DNA from: Octopus vulgaris
Lineage: Eukaryota
Reading direction: 5' to 3'
DNA length: 64,000 bases
NCBI GenBank assembly: GCA_951406725.2
Contig: OX597814.1
Coordinates: 159,402,001-159,466,000, forward strand
Of this stretch, positions 49,251-63,770 are shown piece by piece (position 1 is the stretch's first letter; the number at the start of each line of letters is the position of its first letter). The notes below the pieces were generated by a model. The model did no database searches, had not been told where the DNA came from, and saw only the letters and a program-made list of their open reading frames with translations. The translations under genes and the position numbers were made by a program.

Positions 49251-49608
49251 ACATTGTTTATTTTCTAGAGAGAGAGAGAAAAAGAGATTTTATACATCTC
49301 TCTTTCTCTCTCTCTCTCTCTCTCTCAGTATATACAGTGTCCCTAAAAACTGCCTATACACTTGTACATATCTACATCTATAAGTGTATAATTTACCATC
49401 AGGTTTCAAAAAGATTAAAATATTACCTCTATTATGGGACTAATAACCCCTGGGCAACTACCTGGGTTTCATTATAATGATAATTATGTACTGATATGTA
49501 TATGTGACCCAAAGCTTCTCTTCTGTTACACTCTCTCACTAAGTTTGTCAAACTTATAGAAATTTTGATTACTAATAATTTCAAGAACAAAATAGCAACT
49601 CATTAACT

Positions 49609-49679
49609 TGCTGAAACCCAGGATTGATCCAGAGTTTTTATATTTTCAGTCTAAAACTCCCTCAACCATCTAAATTGGC
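49609..49679 (-). pseudogene. tRNA-Phe(GAA) pseudogene
   Basis: Reverse complement gccaatttagatggttgagggagttttagacTGAAaatataaaaactctggatcaatcctgggtttcagca aligns end to end with eukaryotic tRNA-Phe, with many substitutions that disrupt the stems. Confidence 0.8.
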
Positions 49680-50379
49680 TTCATAATTTGTAGTAATATT
49701 TATTTACAGTCATTAAAATGAGAATATTTTCTTAATGTATACTAAATTAAATACATTAATTAATAGGTAGAGGTAAAACTCATTTCAAATTTAAAAAATA
49801 ATTAATAATATAAAGTTTTATATCTTTCTTTTACGTGTTTTTAAATGTTTTATCTGAAGTCTATATATTTATATAAATAATAGAACAGACATTTCACTTT
49901 TGCAGACTCTTTTTAATACTGTCAGGGTTTTGTTGACACGCCCTACAATTCAGCTGTCACCTCAACCTACTGAAAATACTAACCAATACTCACACACATC
50001 ACATACTTAAATAAAGGCTAAGTTGAACAATGTATTATCTGACATTTAAATAACAATATCATCATGATATTGTCAACTACAACTTATTTGGGACTACACA
50101 ACAAGCAATGAAGCTTACTTTGAGCCAACGACAGAAGGCCTCTCCACAAGCAATGTTGCAAATTATAAAAATATACTTTGCAAAATATAGTCCTATATAA
50201 ACAGATGATAGCACATACACATATGCATATCTGGTTGTATAGATTGAGCTAAATTAAAAATATATGATTAAGGTGTGGTTATTTAATATGTCAAATTGGA
50301 GTTGACTTGAACTTGTGGCAACTACTCCAACTCATACTGGCATAGAAAATGGATCCATAAGATTATATATTTTTATGGA

Positions 50380-50648
50380 AATTGTAGTTGTGATACCTGT
50401 ACCGGTGGCACATAAAAAGCACCATCCGAACGTTGCCGATGCCAGCGCCACCTTGACTGGCTTCTGTGCCGGTGGCATGTAAAAAGCACCCACTACACTC
50501 ATGGAGTGGTTGGCATTAGGAAGGGCATCCAGCTGTAGAAACACAGCCAGATCAGACTGGAGCCTGGTGCAGCCTCCTGGCTTCTGAGACCCCAGTCAAA
50601 TCGTCCAATCTGTGCTAGCATGGAAAATGGACGTTAAACGATGATGAT
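50380..50648 (+). mobile_element. RTE 3'UTR fragment
   Basis: Closely matches 37870-38200. Confidence 0.85.
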
Positions 50649-50851
50649 ATATATATATTTTTAACTGTATAGTAATATATCATAATGATATTTTATTCTT
50701 TGATTTGAAGTGATAATTTTTAAATACAAACAAATGACTGGAAAATGATGAGCTAACCCTGGCCAGATTCAAACCCACAGATCAATGCTAACATGACTCC
50801 TTGTGCATCTGATTTGGCCAAATGGTCACCCATCAATTTCAGCCAAACTTA

Positions 50852-50903
<52 letters not shown>

Positions 50904-51886
50904 ATCCTTATAGTGACTAACAGAAAACTTCCTGGTTGATAGTTTTCTTGTGAGTACTGAAAATGAAAATTATTGTTTTTTTTCTTTTATTACCATAGCA
51001 GTGATGGATGATAAGGATGTATTAGAAAGTGGTAAAGACTTTATATTGGACATAAAAACCCAACAATAACACATAATGAAATGAAATAGTGTGTGTTACA
51101 ATGTTTAATATTTATGGAATAATTATGGTACATATATCAAACAATGTTTCTCGTATAATCAGTAGAGGAAATAACTTTTGTATACCATTCAGACATAAAA
51201 GAACATAAACTTAGTTTAAATTTTGTATTGTTTAGATTGACTTGATCTGTATTTATGTTTTGTGACTTAAGCAATTACATCATGGAAGATCCATTTTAGC
51301 TATATAAAATGCTATATTCACTTTCCATTTATTTCTTGTGTCAAATTTTCATTAGACTGTTTCAATTTGGTCACTGATGCAATTCTGATTTTGTTACAGC
51401 TCTCTGACTTGGTTATTGATACAGTTGTATTAACAGCCAGGTTGTTTACATTCTCTGCAAAAATATATTCTGTAGCTCTGCCCCTTCAAAGACCAATTGA
51501 AATAAAAACCCTTTACTTGAAAAACAGATAAGGGTTGACAACGGGAAGGGCATCCAGCTGTTAAATAGTATCTTAGCAAGTCTGTTCCACTCTGTTACAT
51601 ACACCCAGTGGAACTGAATTCACACACATTCATATTCAGCCATGCATTCTCATATTTATAGTCATCCAAATATATATAGAATCACTTGCTGTAATTATAA
51701 ATAATAAAGCCATTCATAATACACACAGAAAATATACGTGTATTTGGAACTTCAACTCATACTAGCAACAAGCCAACAGGAAACTTATATGTGTTCACTT
51801 GACTTGCTATAAATAGCAATCAAATTTCCCTCTGTCATCTTGAGAAAAAACATCGGATAATTAGACTGGAGTGTAGTATTAAGATG

Positions 51887-51922
<36 letters not shown>

Positions 51923-52369
51923 GTAATAATCCTTTCTATTGGCACAAGGCCTGAAATTTGAGGGGATGGGGCTAGTCAATTACATCAACCACAATATGCA
52001 ACTGGTATTTAATTTATCGACCCTGAAAGGATAAAAGGCAAAGTCAACCTTGGCAGAATTTGAACTCAGAACGTAGTAATGGCTGAAATACCACTAAGCA
52101 TTTCACCCTGCATGCTAATGAATCTGCCAGCTCGTTACCTTAATAATAATAATGATCCTTTCTACTGAAGGCACAAGGACTTGGAATTTTGGCGGAGGGG
52201 ACTAGTTGATTACATCGATCCCAGTGTTTCACTGGTACTTAATTTATCGACCCCAACAGGATGAAAGGCAAAGTCGACCTCAGTGGAATTTGAACTCAGA
52301 ACGTAAAGATGGGCGAAATACTGCTAAGCATTTCACCGGGTGTGCTAACAATTCTGCCAGCTCACCACC

Positions 52370-52405
<36 letters not shown>

Positions 52406-53194
52406 CATAATATTGGTTTCAAATTTTGGCACAGGGCCAGCAAATTTTTAGGAGCAGAATAAGTCAATTTAATTGACCCGTGTTCAAATAGTACTTATTT
52501 TATCTACTCTTAAAAGATGTTGAATCTCTCTGGTGATATGTCTGCTCAATCAGAGTTAACTTTATGCTAAACTATAACAGCCTCTACCAACAGTTTTAAT
52601 GACAGTCTATAACTAGGTTGTTTCTTTATAATTTTGTGTATCTTAAATGACAGCACTACTCAAATACCTTAACCCTTTAGCAATTAAACAGGCCATACCT
52701 GGCCCCAATATTTTATCTGTTTTATGTTCAAACAAGCCAGATTTGCCCTTTCACACCTAGAAGGTATGAAATAATACATGATTTCGAAAATGGTGAGAAT
52801 TATTAAGCACTACATTTAATGGAGTAATCAGATTGCTAAAGGGAGTCCAGGCCATCAGAGCAAGCTAAGCGCTTAGCAATAGATTGTGTCTCTGACACTT
52901 CCATCAGTCAACTGAAACTTACGATTTATAGTTAAAGTACGCTGCGCTACTGAGAGAAAGAAAAATGTCCAGAATGAAATCTTTATCTTCTTGTTTCAGT
53001 CATTTGACTACAGCACTACCTTAAAAGATTTTAGTTGAACAAATTGACCATAGGATTTGTAATTTTTTAAAGTCTGGTACTTTACTCTTGGTCTCTTTTA
53101 CTGAACAGGGATGTAAACAAACCAGCACTGGTTGTCAAGTGGTGGTGGATGTACATGCACACACACACACATAATGGACTTCCACACAGTTTCT

Positions 53195-53424
53195 TATTTC
53201 TTTATTGCCCACAAGGGGCTAAACATAGAGGGGACAAACAAGGACAGACAAAGGGATTAAGTCAATTACATCGACCCCAGTGCATAACTGGTGCTTAATT
53301 TATCTACCCTGAGAGGATGAAAGGCAAAGTCAACCTCAGCAGAATTTGAACTCAATTCATAAAGACAGACGAAATACCACTAGGCATTTCACCTGATGTG
53401 CTAACGTTTTTGCCAGCTCGCCAC
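53195..53424 (-). mobile_element. SINE nested in another SINE, with a 16-bp TSD
   Basis: cttccacacagtttct (53179-53194) / cttccgcacagtttct (53425-53440). Confidence 0.85.
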
Positions 53425-54303
53425 CTTCCGCACAGTTTCTGTCTACTAAATTCACTCACTAAAGTACTTGTTGACCCTGGGATATAATAGAAGACACTTG
53501 CCTAAGGTGCCACACTAGAACTGAAACCAAAAGCACGTGGATTACAAAGCGAGCTTCTTAACCACACACCCATACCTGTGCCTCATGAGAAACTAGGTTT
53601 AATCCTCTTTTGCATTTAAACCGGTCATATCAGGCCCAAATATTCTATCTGTTTTATGTTCATACCAACCAGTTCCAGCCTCTCACCGCTGCACTACAAT
53701 GTCATTCTAAAAATATACAGCCACATATTCAAAATCTCAAAGTTACAAGATAATGCATGATTAATTCAAAATAATGTGAATAAATAAGCATCACATTTGA
53801 CAATAATCTGAATGCTAAAGGGTAAGTATAATGACAAAAAGATATTACAACTGATGTTCAATTTTGACAAGTTTCATTTGATTAATAGACTCTATTGTTT
53901 ATTTCTTAAATTTATCCTATATTATATTTTCAGTAATATCTCAGGTCTTTGAGTTGAAAAACACATTTTCTCTTTTTCAGATGAAGAGACTACTCTGAAA
54001 CATGAAATTCCTTTTGTGTCTCCATGGCATATGAACTTGTATTTAACTCATGAACTTTACTTTAGCCATGTTATGTTAAGAGCATTACTCACCTGATAAC
54101 AACACATATTTGCACAGGACTCATACTCTAATGTCCATTTAACAAGTGTAACATCTGACACTCGAAACTGCAGGAACCAATTGAATATAAAGATCAATAA
54201 ACTGATCAATATTTTAAATATATCTGCAACAGTAAGTTATATTTATTTCTTTTATGATCACATTTTAAAATATTCAGCTTTGTTGTCACCTGTTAGAAAT
54301 AAT

Positions 54304-54691
54304 GGATCTTTTCGGTTTGAACAGCAGCTTTTTAAAATAATTTCCACGTAACTAAACACTTTTAAACTTCGTATACTGGTAGAATGTGTTTATAAAACAT
54401 CTTTTTCTCTTGGCTTTATTGAGAAAATTCTATAGTTTGTAAGATATTTGTTGTTTTTTTTCTTCAATTTCTGCAATTTCAACCAATCAATGGCGTCTAT
54501 TGAGGTGAAAACATTCTGTGCCATATAAATATGTCCCTCGTTTAAGAAACAGATTGGGTTTATTTACATTTTTGAAGAAAAAAAGATACCCTTCCCCCCA
54601 CCCCTAACCCTAACTAACCCTGGGTCATAATTATGGGTGACAATTTCATATGACACTGCTAGAAAAACTGCCGTTCAAACCGAAAAGATCC
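54304..54691. mobile_element. MITE with GGATC termini and 8-bp TSD (Merlin- or hAT-like; superfamily uncertain)
   Basis: TIRs GGATCTTTTCGGTTTGAACAGCAG / CTGCCGTTCAAACCGAAAAGATCC; TSD gaaataat/gaaataac. Confidence 0.85.
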
Positions 54692-57600
54692 GAAATAACT
54701 TAATAGACACAAGATATTTTTTTCTTGTCATTCTACAGACGTGGTCAATCTACAAAAAGCCAGCTAAAACTGGATTTGGGTAGTAATTTGATCAAAAATT
54801 ATATTAACAAAAATGGGTGTGTGTAAGTGATTAAGAAGCTTGTGTCTTGGGCAAGTGTCCTCTGCTATAGCCCCAGGTTGCCCAAATCCTTTTGAGTAGC
54901 TTGATAGATAGAAACTGAAAGAAACCTGTTGTGTGTGTATATATGCTTATGTCTCCTGGCCTTGACATTGCATGATAGTTGTAAATGTGTGTCACTATCA
55001 TGCAAGCTGTGTCATTCATTTCCAATATTCTGCATAAACATGTCTGGCTATGGGGAAATTTTATCTTCCTCAGAAACAGGTGAAGGTTGGCAACAGGAAG
55101 GATGATGATGATATAAATATTCATATATTTATTCAGCATCTATTTTTCCATCTTAGCACAGGCAGTACAGGGACTTATTTGATGCAGTATTTAGTGGTTG
55201 GCTGCTCTTTCTGTCATCAACCTGCACTTATTTCTCATGTAAAGGATTCCAAGTGCAACTATGAATGTAAATTTCATGTCACCAATTGTAACAAGCAAAG
55301 CATGGTTTGCCAATATCAAAGCACATTTGTACAACTGTGTGCACATATGCATGTGCACATACATACACACACACACACATGTGCAATGAGCTTCCTCTAG
55401 CTTCTCTCTATCAAATTCATTCACAAGGCTTTGAGTGATCCAGGCCTATAGCAGTAAATACTTTTTCGGAGTGCCACTCAGTGAACTGAACTTGAAACCA
55501 CATGGTTGCAAACTTCTTAGCTGCATAGCCATGCCTGTTACCGTGTGTGTGTGTGTGAGGATAAACTACTCTTCAGTTCTGGAACTGACAAACTGTCATG
55601 AAAGGGTACCCAGTCAGTGCATTACAATTCTGATTGTTTCTATCTGTAAAAACCATTTCTTCCCTCTCAAGAAAAACAAAGCATATGTAACATAGTCAAC
55701 AAAAAAGTATGATTGGCAGTTTGTTTCTGGTTATGTGACCTGCACAACCCATGATAGCATGGAAAAATATGTAAACTGATGATATATTTTCATGCATTGG
55801 CTTACAGAAATGTACTCTAACATCTGTCAATGTTTCCTGGTTTTTGTTACTTCAAATTCTTCATTCTCTCATCTTCAGCTTAACTTGTATCATTTCCAAA
55901 TACCAAGAATTCCAAGAATTATTAATCACTTCCTATCTTATGTTGCTAAAATGTTATCTTTCAAAATTAGTTGGTTATATTCTTTATATTAAACAGCCAA
56001 CTTAACATATTTTAGATTCTATTTTGATTCATTTAGTAATTACTGAAAGGCAGTAGTTTGCATTCTTATGGATTCTAAATTTAAAATCTTCAGCTACAGA
56101 CAAAATAGCTGGCATGTAATTTAAACCATGGTAGTTTGGAATAAAGTGAAAGGAAAAGAATAAGCATTTTACAGTTTTATATCATTATAGCTAACCTTCT
56201 TATATCCTAGTATATATTTCTTCAAATACCAGCTCAAGTTAATGAATACAATAAAAAAATCTATTATGAAAGATACTGTTAATGCATTACAAGCTATGAC
56301 AAGATGCTTGCAACTTACTGATATTGTTAGCTTGCTAGGAATTTATATGTATAAAACACACATTGAAAGCTCACTCGTATAAAAATTCATTATCTTCTCA
56401 CTAAAAATATTACAAATTTAGAATTAGGTGTTTGTTTTTAAGATACATATCACATCCTGTTTAACTAAAATTAATTTTTTTAAATCATTTCATATTTCCA
56501 ATAACTTTACATAATTGATAACATAAGTTTTCATTTTCTATTTCTATCTTCTAAAATGTAACACAACCACCTCCTCATCCTATTCATGCTGGTTTTATAA
56601 TACTGACTTATCAAGCCTGTGTTATATCATCTGACAGCCCAATCTACAGCTGTACTAATCTTTCAAACTCTGTTATTAACACTTTCACTTCCTATATATA
56701 TTATCTAATAGCATCACATATTTCTTTGAGTGCAGTCGTCGCTCCTCACTATATCATGTGGTTGTTGTTTTTTGCGGGGGCGGGGTTATTTTATTTTTTC
56801 CTTCTCATATTGCACTCCGTTGGCTGTGTGGTTTAGGAAGTTCAGTTTGCAATCACATGGTTCCAGGTCCAGTTCCACTGCATGGCACCTTGGGTAAGTG
56901 TCTTCTACTATAACCCTGGGTTGATAAATGCCTTGTGGGTGAATTCGGTTGACAGAAACTGTGTGGAAGCCTCTTATGTATATAAAGTGTGTGTATGTGT
57001 GTTTGTTGTACCCCACTGCTTGGCAACCAGTGTTGCTTTGTGTACATCTTTGCAACTTAGTGGTTCAGCAAAAGAGAGTGATAGAATAAGTAATAGACTT
57101 AAAAAGTACTGGGGGTCAATTTATTCAACTAAACCCTCCAGGATGGTGCCTCAGTATAGCAACAATCCAATGACTAAAACAAGTAAAAGATGAAAGAAAG
57201 ACAATAATTGCTGTTGGCTACAGGTTCCCATTGGGCCACTTAATAGCTCACTGCATTTAAGAGCCCAAGAGTAACAACTGATTGTCTATGCAGCTCATCT
57301 GAAATAAATACAACAGAAACAGTGATTTATCAACTTTTGTTTAATGTTTACAAGTCTTTTTGTTGATGTATATCAATAAACGATATATATTTACATGGAG
57401 CTTTTACACAATATCTGTCTGCCAAATTCCATTCATAGTGTATTGTTCAACTGATGTCTGTGATAGATGAAAGATATCTGCCTCCAGTGTTGCAGTGAAA
57501 TTAAGTCTGAAACTACTTGGTTGCCAAGCAGACTTCTAACTATGCAGCTTTTCTTCCTATGCATTTTATATCCAGCCACTGTTACATCTCACTTGTTGAT

Positions 57601-59385
57601 TTTTTTTCATTGCATATCAACAAATTACACACAATTCTAATAATTGCAGATCTGTTTCATTGCAGCAGTGTTCTTACTCCAATATTTTTTGGTATACTTT
57701 TGAGATAGACATAACCATAACAGTTAAAATGAAATCAAATTGTGTTGCTTCAGTTAAAACTATTAGATAATTATCTAATTGTAAATATAGTGAAATAATA
57801 GTAGATATGTTGGGAGAAATTCCCTCAGTAAGAGAATCTAGAAGTTAGACTTAATAAACCCTTTAGCATTTAAACCAGCCATATCCAGTCTAAAATATTC
57901 AACCTGTTTTATGGTCAAATTGACTTGATCCAGCCTTTCACACCCATCCTACAATGTCCTAAAAATAAGCAATGTCATCACTGAAATCTTGAAGCTACAA
58001 GATAATGCATGATTAATTCAAAGTTATCTGAATAAATAAGCCTTACCTTTGACTGAGTAATCTGAATGCTAAAAGGTTAAAGCAGTGATTCAGCAAATAT
58101 ATACTTTTGATACTGAAATTATTGTTAAGTTTAACTAAATACTCTGCTTAACAATATCATAGAAGACACACATTTATACAAAGTATGAGTCATTGTGTTC
58201 CTGTTCTTGACTTGTGTTTTAAAATAATTAGGATGTCTTTTTAATAAATCACATTTCACTTGAATGAGGACACCAGTTTGTATACTGCTGATAATATCTC
58301 AGAAGGGATTGGCTTTGTGGTTTACTCTACATCTAAAATCTGGTGGTGGGTTAGTCATGTCATTTACCTGTAAGAACAACTAGCTTCTTTGAGGCTAACA
58401 TATCTGATTTCATTTCTTCATGTACTGCTGTAAGAGTGGCTTCTCTACTTGACTACAAAACAGGTACTTATTGTTTCCGTGGCTACTATGATAAAAAATG
58501 GGTTTTTTTTTTTAATATATTGATTTTTGACACTTAGATAACATTGCTCATGTTCAGTCCACTGCAGGACAAGCACCTTAACATGTTCTCTTCACCAGCC
58601 AGTCTGATATGGAGGCTGTATATCTGAGTTTGATGTCATACTGGTTTGATGAGCCTTTTCTGCCACACTGGCTGAACATGGCTTGGCAGAGGGATGCAGT
58701 TTTTATACTCTTATCCAGGAGTAGTTAATTCAATTACATCAACCCCAGTGCTCAACTGGTACTTACTTTATCAACGCCAAAATGATTATAGGCAAATTTC
58801 TTGGTGAAATTTCTGCCCAGAAAGTTAAGATGGGCAAAATACCACTGAGTATTTTACCCAGCACGCTAACGATTCTGCCAGCTCGCAGCCTTATTTTTGA
58901 CACTAATACTATACATCTATTTAGTAGTTCCATCATATCTAATTTGAGTTGTATGATGTCATCTATGGTTTATTGAAATCTAATTACAATGACTCATCCT
59001 CCAAAATCATATGCCTTGCTTGATGAAATGTTCAGAATATCTCATTTGTAATCTTCTCAAAGCTATTAAAGATTAATTAATCACCATTTTGTTTTAATGA
59101 ATATATCAGCCTTATTATTTCTTTAGTTATTCATTTTTGTAGTTATCAAATTAGAGATCTATTAATACAAAGTTTAACTCTGCTGTGAAATGAAAGCTTC
59201 TGTTCAGTTAGTTCTATATAAGTTTTTGCATGGGAAAAAGTGTTGTTGTATTTACATTGTAGTCACTAAAAAGTGCACAAAAACTGTTAAGTTCACAGTT
59301 TTTATATTCTTAATTATCTAAAACAGCACTTTTATGGTATAATTGTTTCAGTTTCAGCATCATCATCATCATCCTCTCATTTAAC

Positions 59386-59719
59386 CAGTAGTGTAACGGG
59401 GGGGGGGGGGGGGGCAGTGCCCCAATGCTGACTGAAGCAGGGGTGGGTGTGCAAAATTGACCATAATACGATAAGCTTGAACCCCATTTATAAGATTTGT
59501 GAAAGTAAACATTCAAAAAATATATTTTGAATTAGAGGCTGTACTGAACCAGCAGGTAAATGAACCCTGGTAAATTATTTATTCCTAAAATATTGCTTTA
59601 AAAAATTAATTACTTGTAACAAATAAGTACTATATAATATCGTGGATTTGGCAATTGGCGGTGGTGGGGTGCATTTTTTTGACTTGCCCCACATGCAGTT
59701 TACCCTAGCCACACCACTG
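59386..59719. mobile_element. hAT-type MITE inserted into an RTE tail
   Basis: Termini CAGTAGTGTAAC / GCCACACCACTG; 8-bp TSD catttaac/tgtttaac. Confidence 0.75.
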
Positions 59720-60289
59720 TGTTTAACATTCGTTTTCCATGCTGGCATGGGTAGGATAGTTTGACAAGAACTGGAAAATCAGGAGACTGCACCCAAGTCT
59801 GCTGTCTGTTTTGGCATGATTTCTATGGTTGGATGCCCTTCCTAACACCAACTACTTAAGAAAATGAACTAGGTGTTTTTTATGTGGCATCAGCAGCAAT
59901 GCAGTCACTAAGTAAATTGCATGACAAGAATCCTCAACTGGATTGCAGGGAGTAGTATTGAGGAACAGAAAGATATCTTGCATTAGAAGAGAGATATGGC
60001 TCCTTCAGATGGAGAGAAAGATGGTAAAGATGTGACAGAGAGGGGGAAGGAGTTGTACACTGAAGTTTCATGGTGCTGTACATAGTGAAGTGAACTAGGG
60101 ATTGGAGAGGGTGAGTGGATTTTGAATGAAAGGTTTGAGCTAGAGGTGGAGGAATGGGATTTAACAGGAGCATACTGTGTGCAGGTAGGTAGGTGGATAC
60201 ATGAGGGAAAATGGAGGGGAAGGGAGAAACTAGTGGTGGGTATGGGTGAGTTATGGGGGAAGGTGGGGGTTCATGGACATGGATTTTAC

Positions 60290-60970
60290 TTTGCTTGGCG
60301 GGTCTTCTCAAGCACAGCATATCACCAGTTCTCAATCCCTTTTCATTGCCTCTGTGAGGCTCAGCATCAGAAAATCATTTCTGCCATCCTTATCCCATAT
60401 CATCCTAGGTCTTCCTCTTCCACAGGATCCCTCCAGATTTAGAGACAAACACTTCTTTATGCAGCTATCCTCATCCATATGCATCATTTACCACACCAGT
60501 TCAATATTCTCTCTTGCACACTACAGCTGATGCCTCTTATACCCAGTTTTACTCTCAAAATATTTGCACTTTGTTGTATATGTACACTGATATTGCATAT
60601 CCAGCAGAGCATGCTGGCTTCATTTCTTTCAAACCTTGGCATGTCCTATGTAGTCACAGCTCATGTTACACTGCCATATAGCATAGCTTTCTGTACACAG
60701 ACCTCATACAATTTGTCTTTTACACTGAGAGGGACACCCTTTGTTATTAACAAAGGTAATAGTTCTCTGAATTTTGCTCAGCCTATTCTTATTCTACAAC
60801 TATACTTTCAGAGCAACTTCCAACACTACTAATTTGGACTCCTGGTAGCAAAACTACCTGCTACCTCCAAGGAATCCCTTGAATATTTGAGTAAATATAT
60901 TTCCTGTACATACTTATACTTACTGATTATTGAACCTGCATATCTAACACACACACACATGCACACACAC

Positions 60971-61016
<46 letters not shown>

Positions 61017-61475
61017 CTTCCTCTGTTAATATTCCTGTAATTTTACTTCATCTCTTATGTGTCCATAGCTTGCACTGGGTACACTGAATGTAATTTCTAT
61101 TTACACCTTTTCTACATATTGAACAGGGCCATTATTCTGAAGGGATTAATAATTTGACTGCTTTCCTACTTACTAGTACTTTGGTCTTTGCTAAATTAAC
61201 TCTAAGGTCCTTAGATTTCAGCCCTTGCTAAAACTTCTTCTCTAACAATTCAGCTATAAAAACTGTCATCAGCAAAGAAGAGCTCTCAAGGGCAACCAGC
61301 CTTAAATTCCTTACTTATGGCCTGGAAGACTATGATAAACAAGAGGGGGCTGAGAACCAATCTTTGATGAACTACTTGTACACTAAATTTGTTGCTGTAC
61401 TCAATGCTGACTTTCACCTTACTGACAGCATCCCTGTACATGGCTTGCACAGCTTCCATTAATCAGTCATCTGTA
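60290..61475 (-). mobile_element. Old degraded RTE LINE fragment
   Basis: Homologous to 39690-40985 with many substitutions; (CA)n expansion at 60948-61013. Confidence 0.8.
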
Positions 61476-61976
61476 ATTACCTTACTCAGAAGATAGCACA
61501 AATAGTGCATCTCATGATCAAGTCCCTTGTTAGACAAGTTTGTTTCCAGCCATATAGTTATTGAGTGAAAGCCAAAAATATGTTTATCTCAAACACTGAA
61601 CTAAACACAGAAAACATATTGCCCTACATTCATTAACTTTGAGCTATTTTACAGTTAATCTAATGATTCTTAACATAGATACTGGATCACAAATTTTATG
61701 GGAGAGGACTTGGATTAAATTGAATCAATACTTCGCTCTACATTATGACTTGGAAGAGGAGTTGACCTTATGTGAGAATTGGATTTAAAAAATACAGATT
61801 TCTAATATAAGCACAAACCCCTCCTTTGGGTGGGGGACATTGGCAATTATATTGACTCAGTATTTAACTGGTACTATATTGACTCTGGAAAGATGAAAGG
61901 TAAATTTAGACTCAGAATGTAAAAAGCTATAAGTAAATACTGTATGGCATTTTGTCTGATGCTCTAATAATTTTAC

Positions 61977-62503
61977 TGTAGGGTTTTGAACCCCCACTAC
62001 AAAATCATCAGTTCATGGTTTTAAGTAAGCTACATTCGAGCTGTGTGAGTTTCATGTGAACAACCTATATATCAACCAATCAGCTTGAAGCCAATATCTC
62101 AAATGTTATTGAGATTTGTGCCTTTTTCCCTATTTACACAGTCAAGCACCTAAATCACGGCAGAGTGCTGTTGGCATTCAAGCAGGACAGATCTCAGCTC
62201 TCATCCAGCAAATCAAGAAGCTGTGACGGTCACTCATAGCCTTGGTTTTTCACTTTCCAGATCACAAATGGCTGAGCAAATGCATTTAAGTCAATTCCTA
62301 CATATTATTCTGGTAACTAGTGAAAATTTGATAATTTATGTATGATAATCTTCTCTTAATAAAATCTGTTGTTAAACATCCGCAAGTTTGCTTTTGTTGT
62401 AATATATGCAGCCAGCTTGATCTTACAATAAAGATACAACATCAATCTTTCTTATGACAGCTTGACCCCACAGAAAGGGTGATTCAGTGAAGAAATGCCT
62501 ACA
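61977..62503. mobile_element. Possible solo LTR
   Basis: TGTAGG...CCTACA inverted termini, internal AATAAA (62358, 62428); appears to interrupt a SINE; no clear TSD. Confidence 0.35.
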
Positions 62504-63597
62504 ACAACAACTAACCTCAAGACAGTACCATTCATAATTGTTTACATTGACCTCACTTCTTGATTGGTAATCATTTTATTGATCCAGGAAGAAAGAAAAA
62601 TAAAATCAACTCCATAAGGGTTTGAACTCAGAATGTAACTAAATACCACAAGTTATTATATGTAGTGCTCCACTGAAATCTACCACCAATTTCAAATTAA
62701 ACAATGAAAAGGAAACCTGTTTATTGATATCATTTAACTATTTTGTTGTTACTCTGAAACTGTGTCAACTTCACCAATAACTTTAGTAACATCTGTTGTA
62801 TATTTTTTGTTGATCTATATTAAAATCCCAGTTGTAAAGTAGCTTAGATGTACTCCCTTATCTATGTTTTTGTTTGTTGCGGATTAAATAAAGTTTCATA
62901 TTTACCAACCAGACTTTAATAATTAACTTTTAATCTGGAAAAATTGTAACTTAATTACAAATAACAGCTGCTTTACAATTAGCACTAGTCACAATTTAAC
63001 TAGTACCAATCTTTTAAAATATGAAAGTAATGATTTCTTGCATAGATACAAGACTTTGAATTTGGGGACTACTTCAAAGCCGTGTATGTTGTTGGTTTTT
63101 AATTTATTGATCAGAGAGGGTTGAAAGGTAAAGTGGATTTTGGTAGGCCTTGGACATAGAATGTAAAGAGTTGTATCTAAATATATCATTCTGTCCAGTA
63201 CTCTGCTAATTGTGCCATCTGCTACCTTTATACATTGAAGATATAATAATGAGTATTTTTTATATTGGTCTGCTCGCTTAGCCAGCGGGGTGGCGTCATT
63301 TGAAGGCTAAAAAACAATATGAAGCGCATTGTGACCAGCGATGTGTAGCAACATCTGATAGCCTGGTCAGTCATGGTGATTGCGGTGATTTTTTATTAAA
63401 ATCACTCTAAGAATTTACACACATGATCTAGTTAAGATTTCGGGGGCTTGTACACACTTCCTAATATAACCTTAACCCTATCAAGGAAAGGGACTCACCA
63501 GCAGTTGATGCTTCTGTATCTATGTATAAAAACATTTTCTCTGAGAACATGGACTAATCCAAGGGTAAGGAACACTTGGATCTTTTTATTTGAAGTT

Positions 63598-63770
63598 TAC
63601 ATAAAAAGCACCCACTACACTCACGGAGTGGTTGGCGTTGGGAAGGGCATCCAGCTGTAGAAACTCTGCCAGATCTAACTGGCCTGATGCAGCCTTCGGG
63701 CTTCCCAGACCCCAGTTGAACCGTCCAACCCATGCTAGCATGGAAAGCGGACGTTAAACAATGATGATGA
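63598..63770 (+). mobile_element. RTE 3' tail fragment
   Basis: aaaagcacccactacactcacggagtggttggcgtt...gcggacgttaaacaatgatgatga. Confidence 0.85.
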
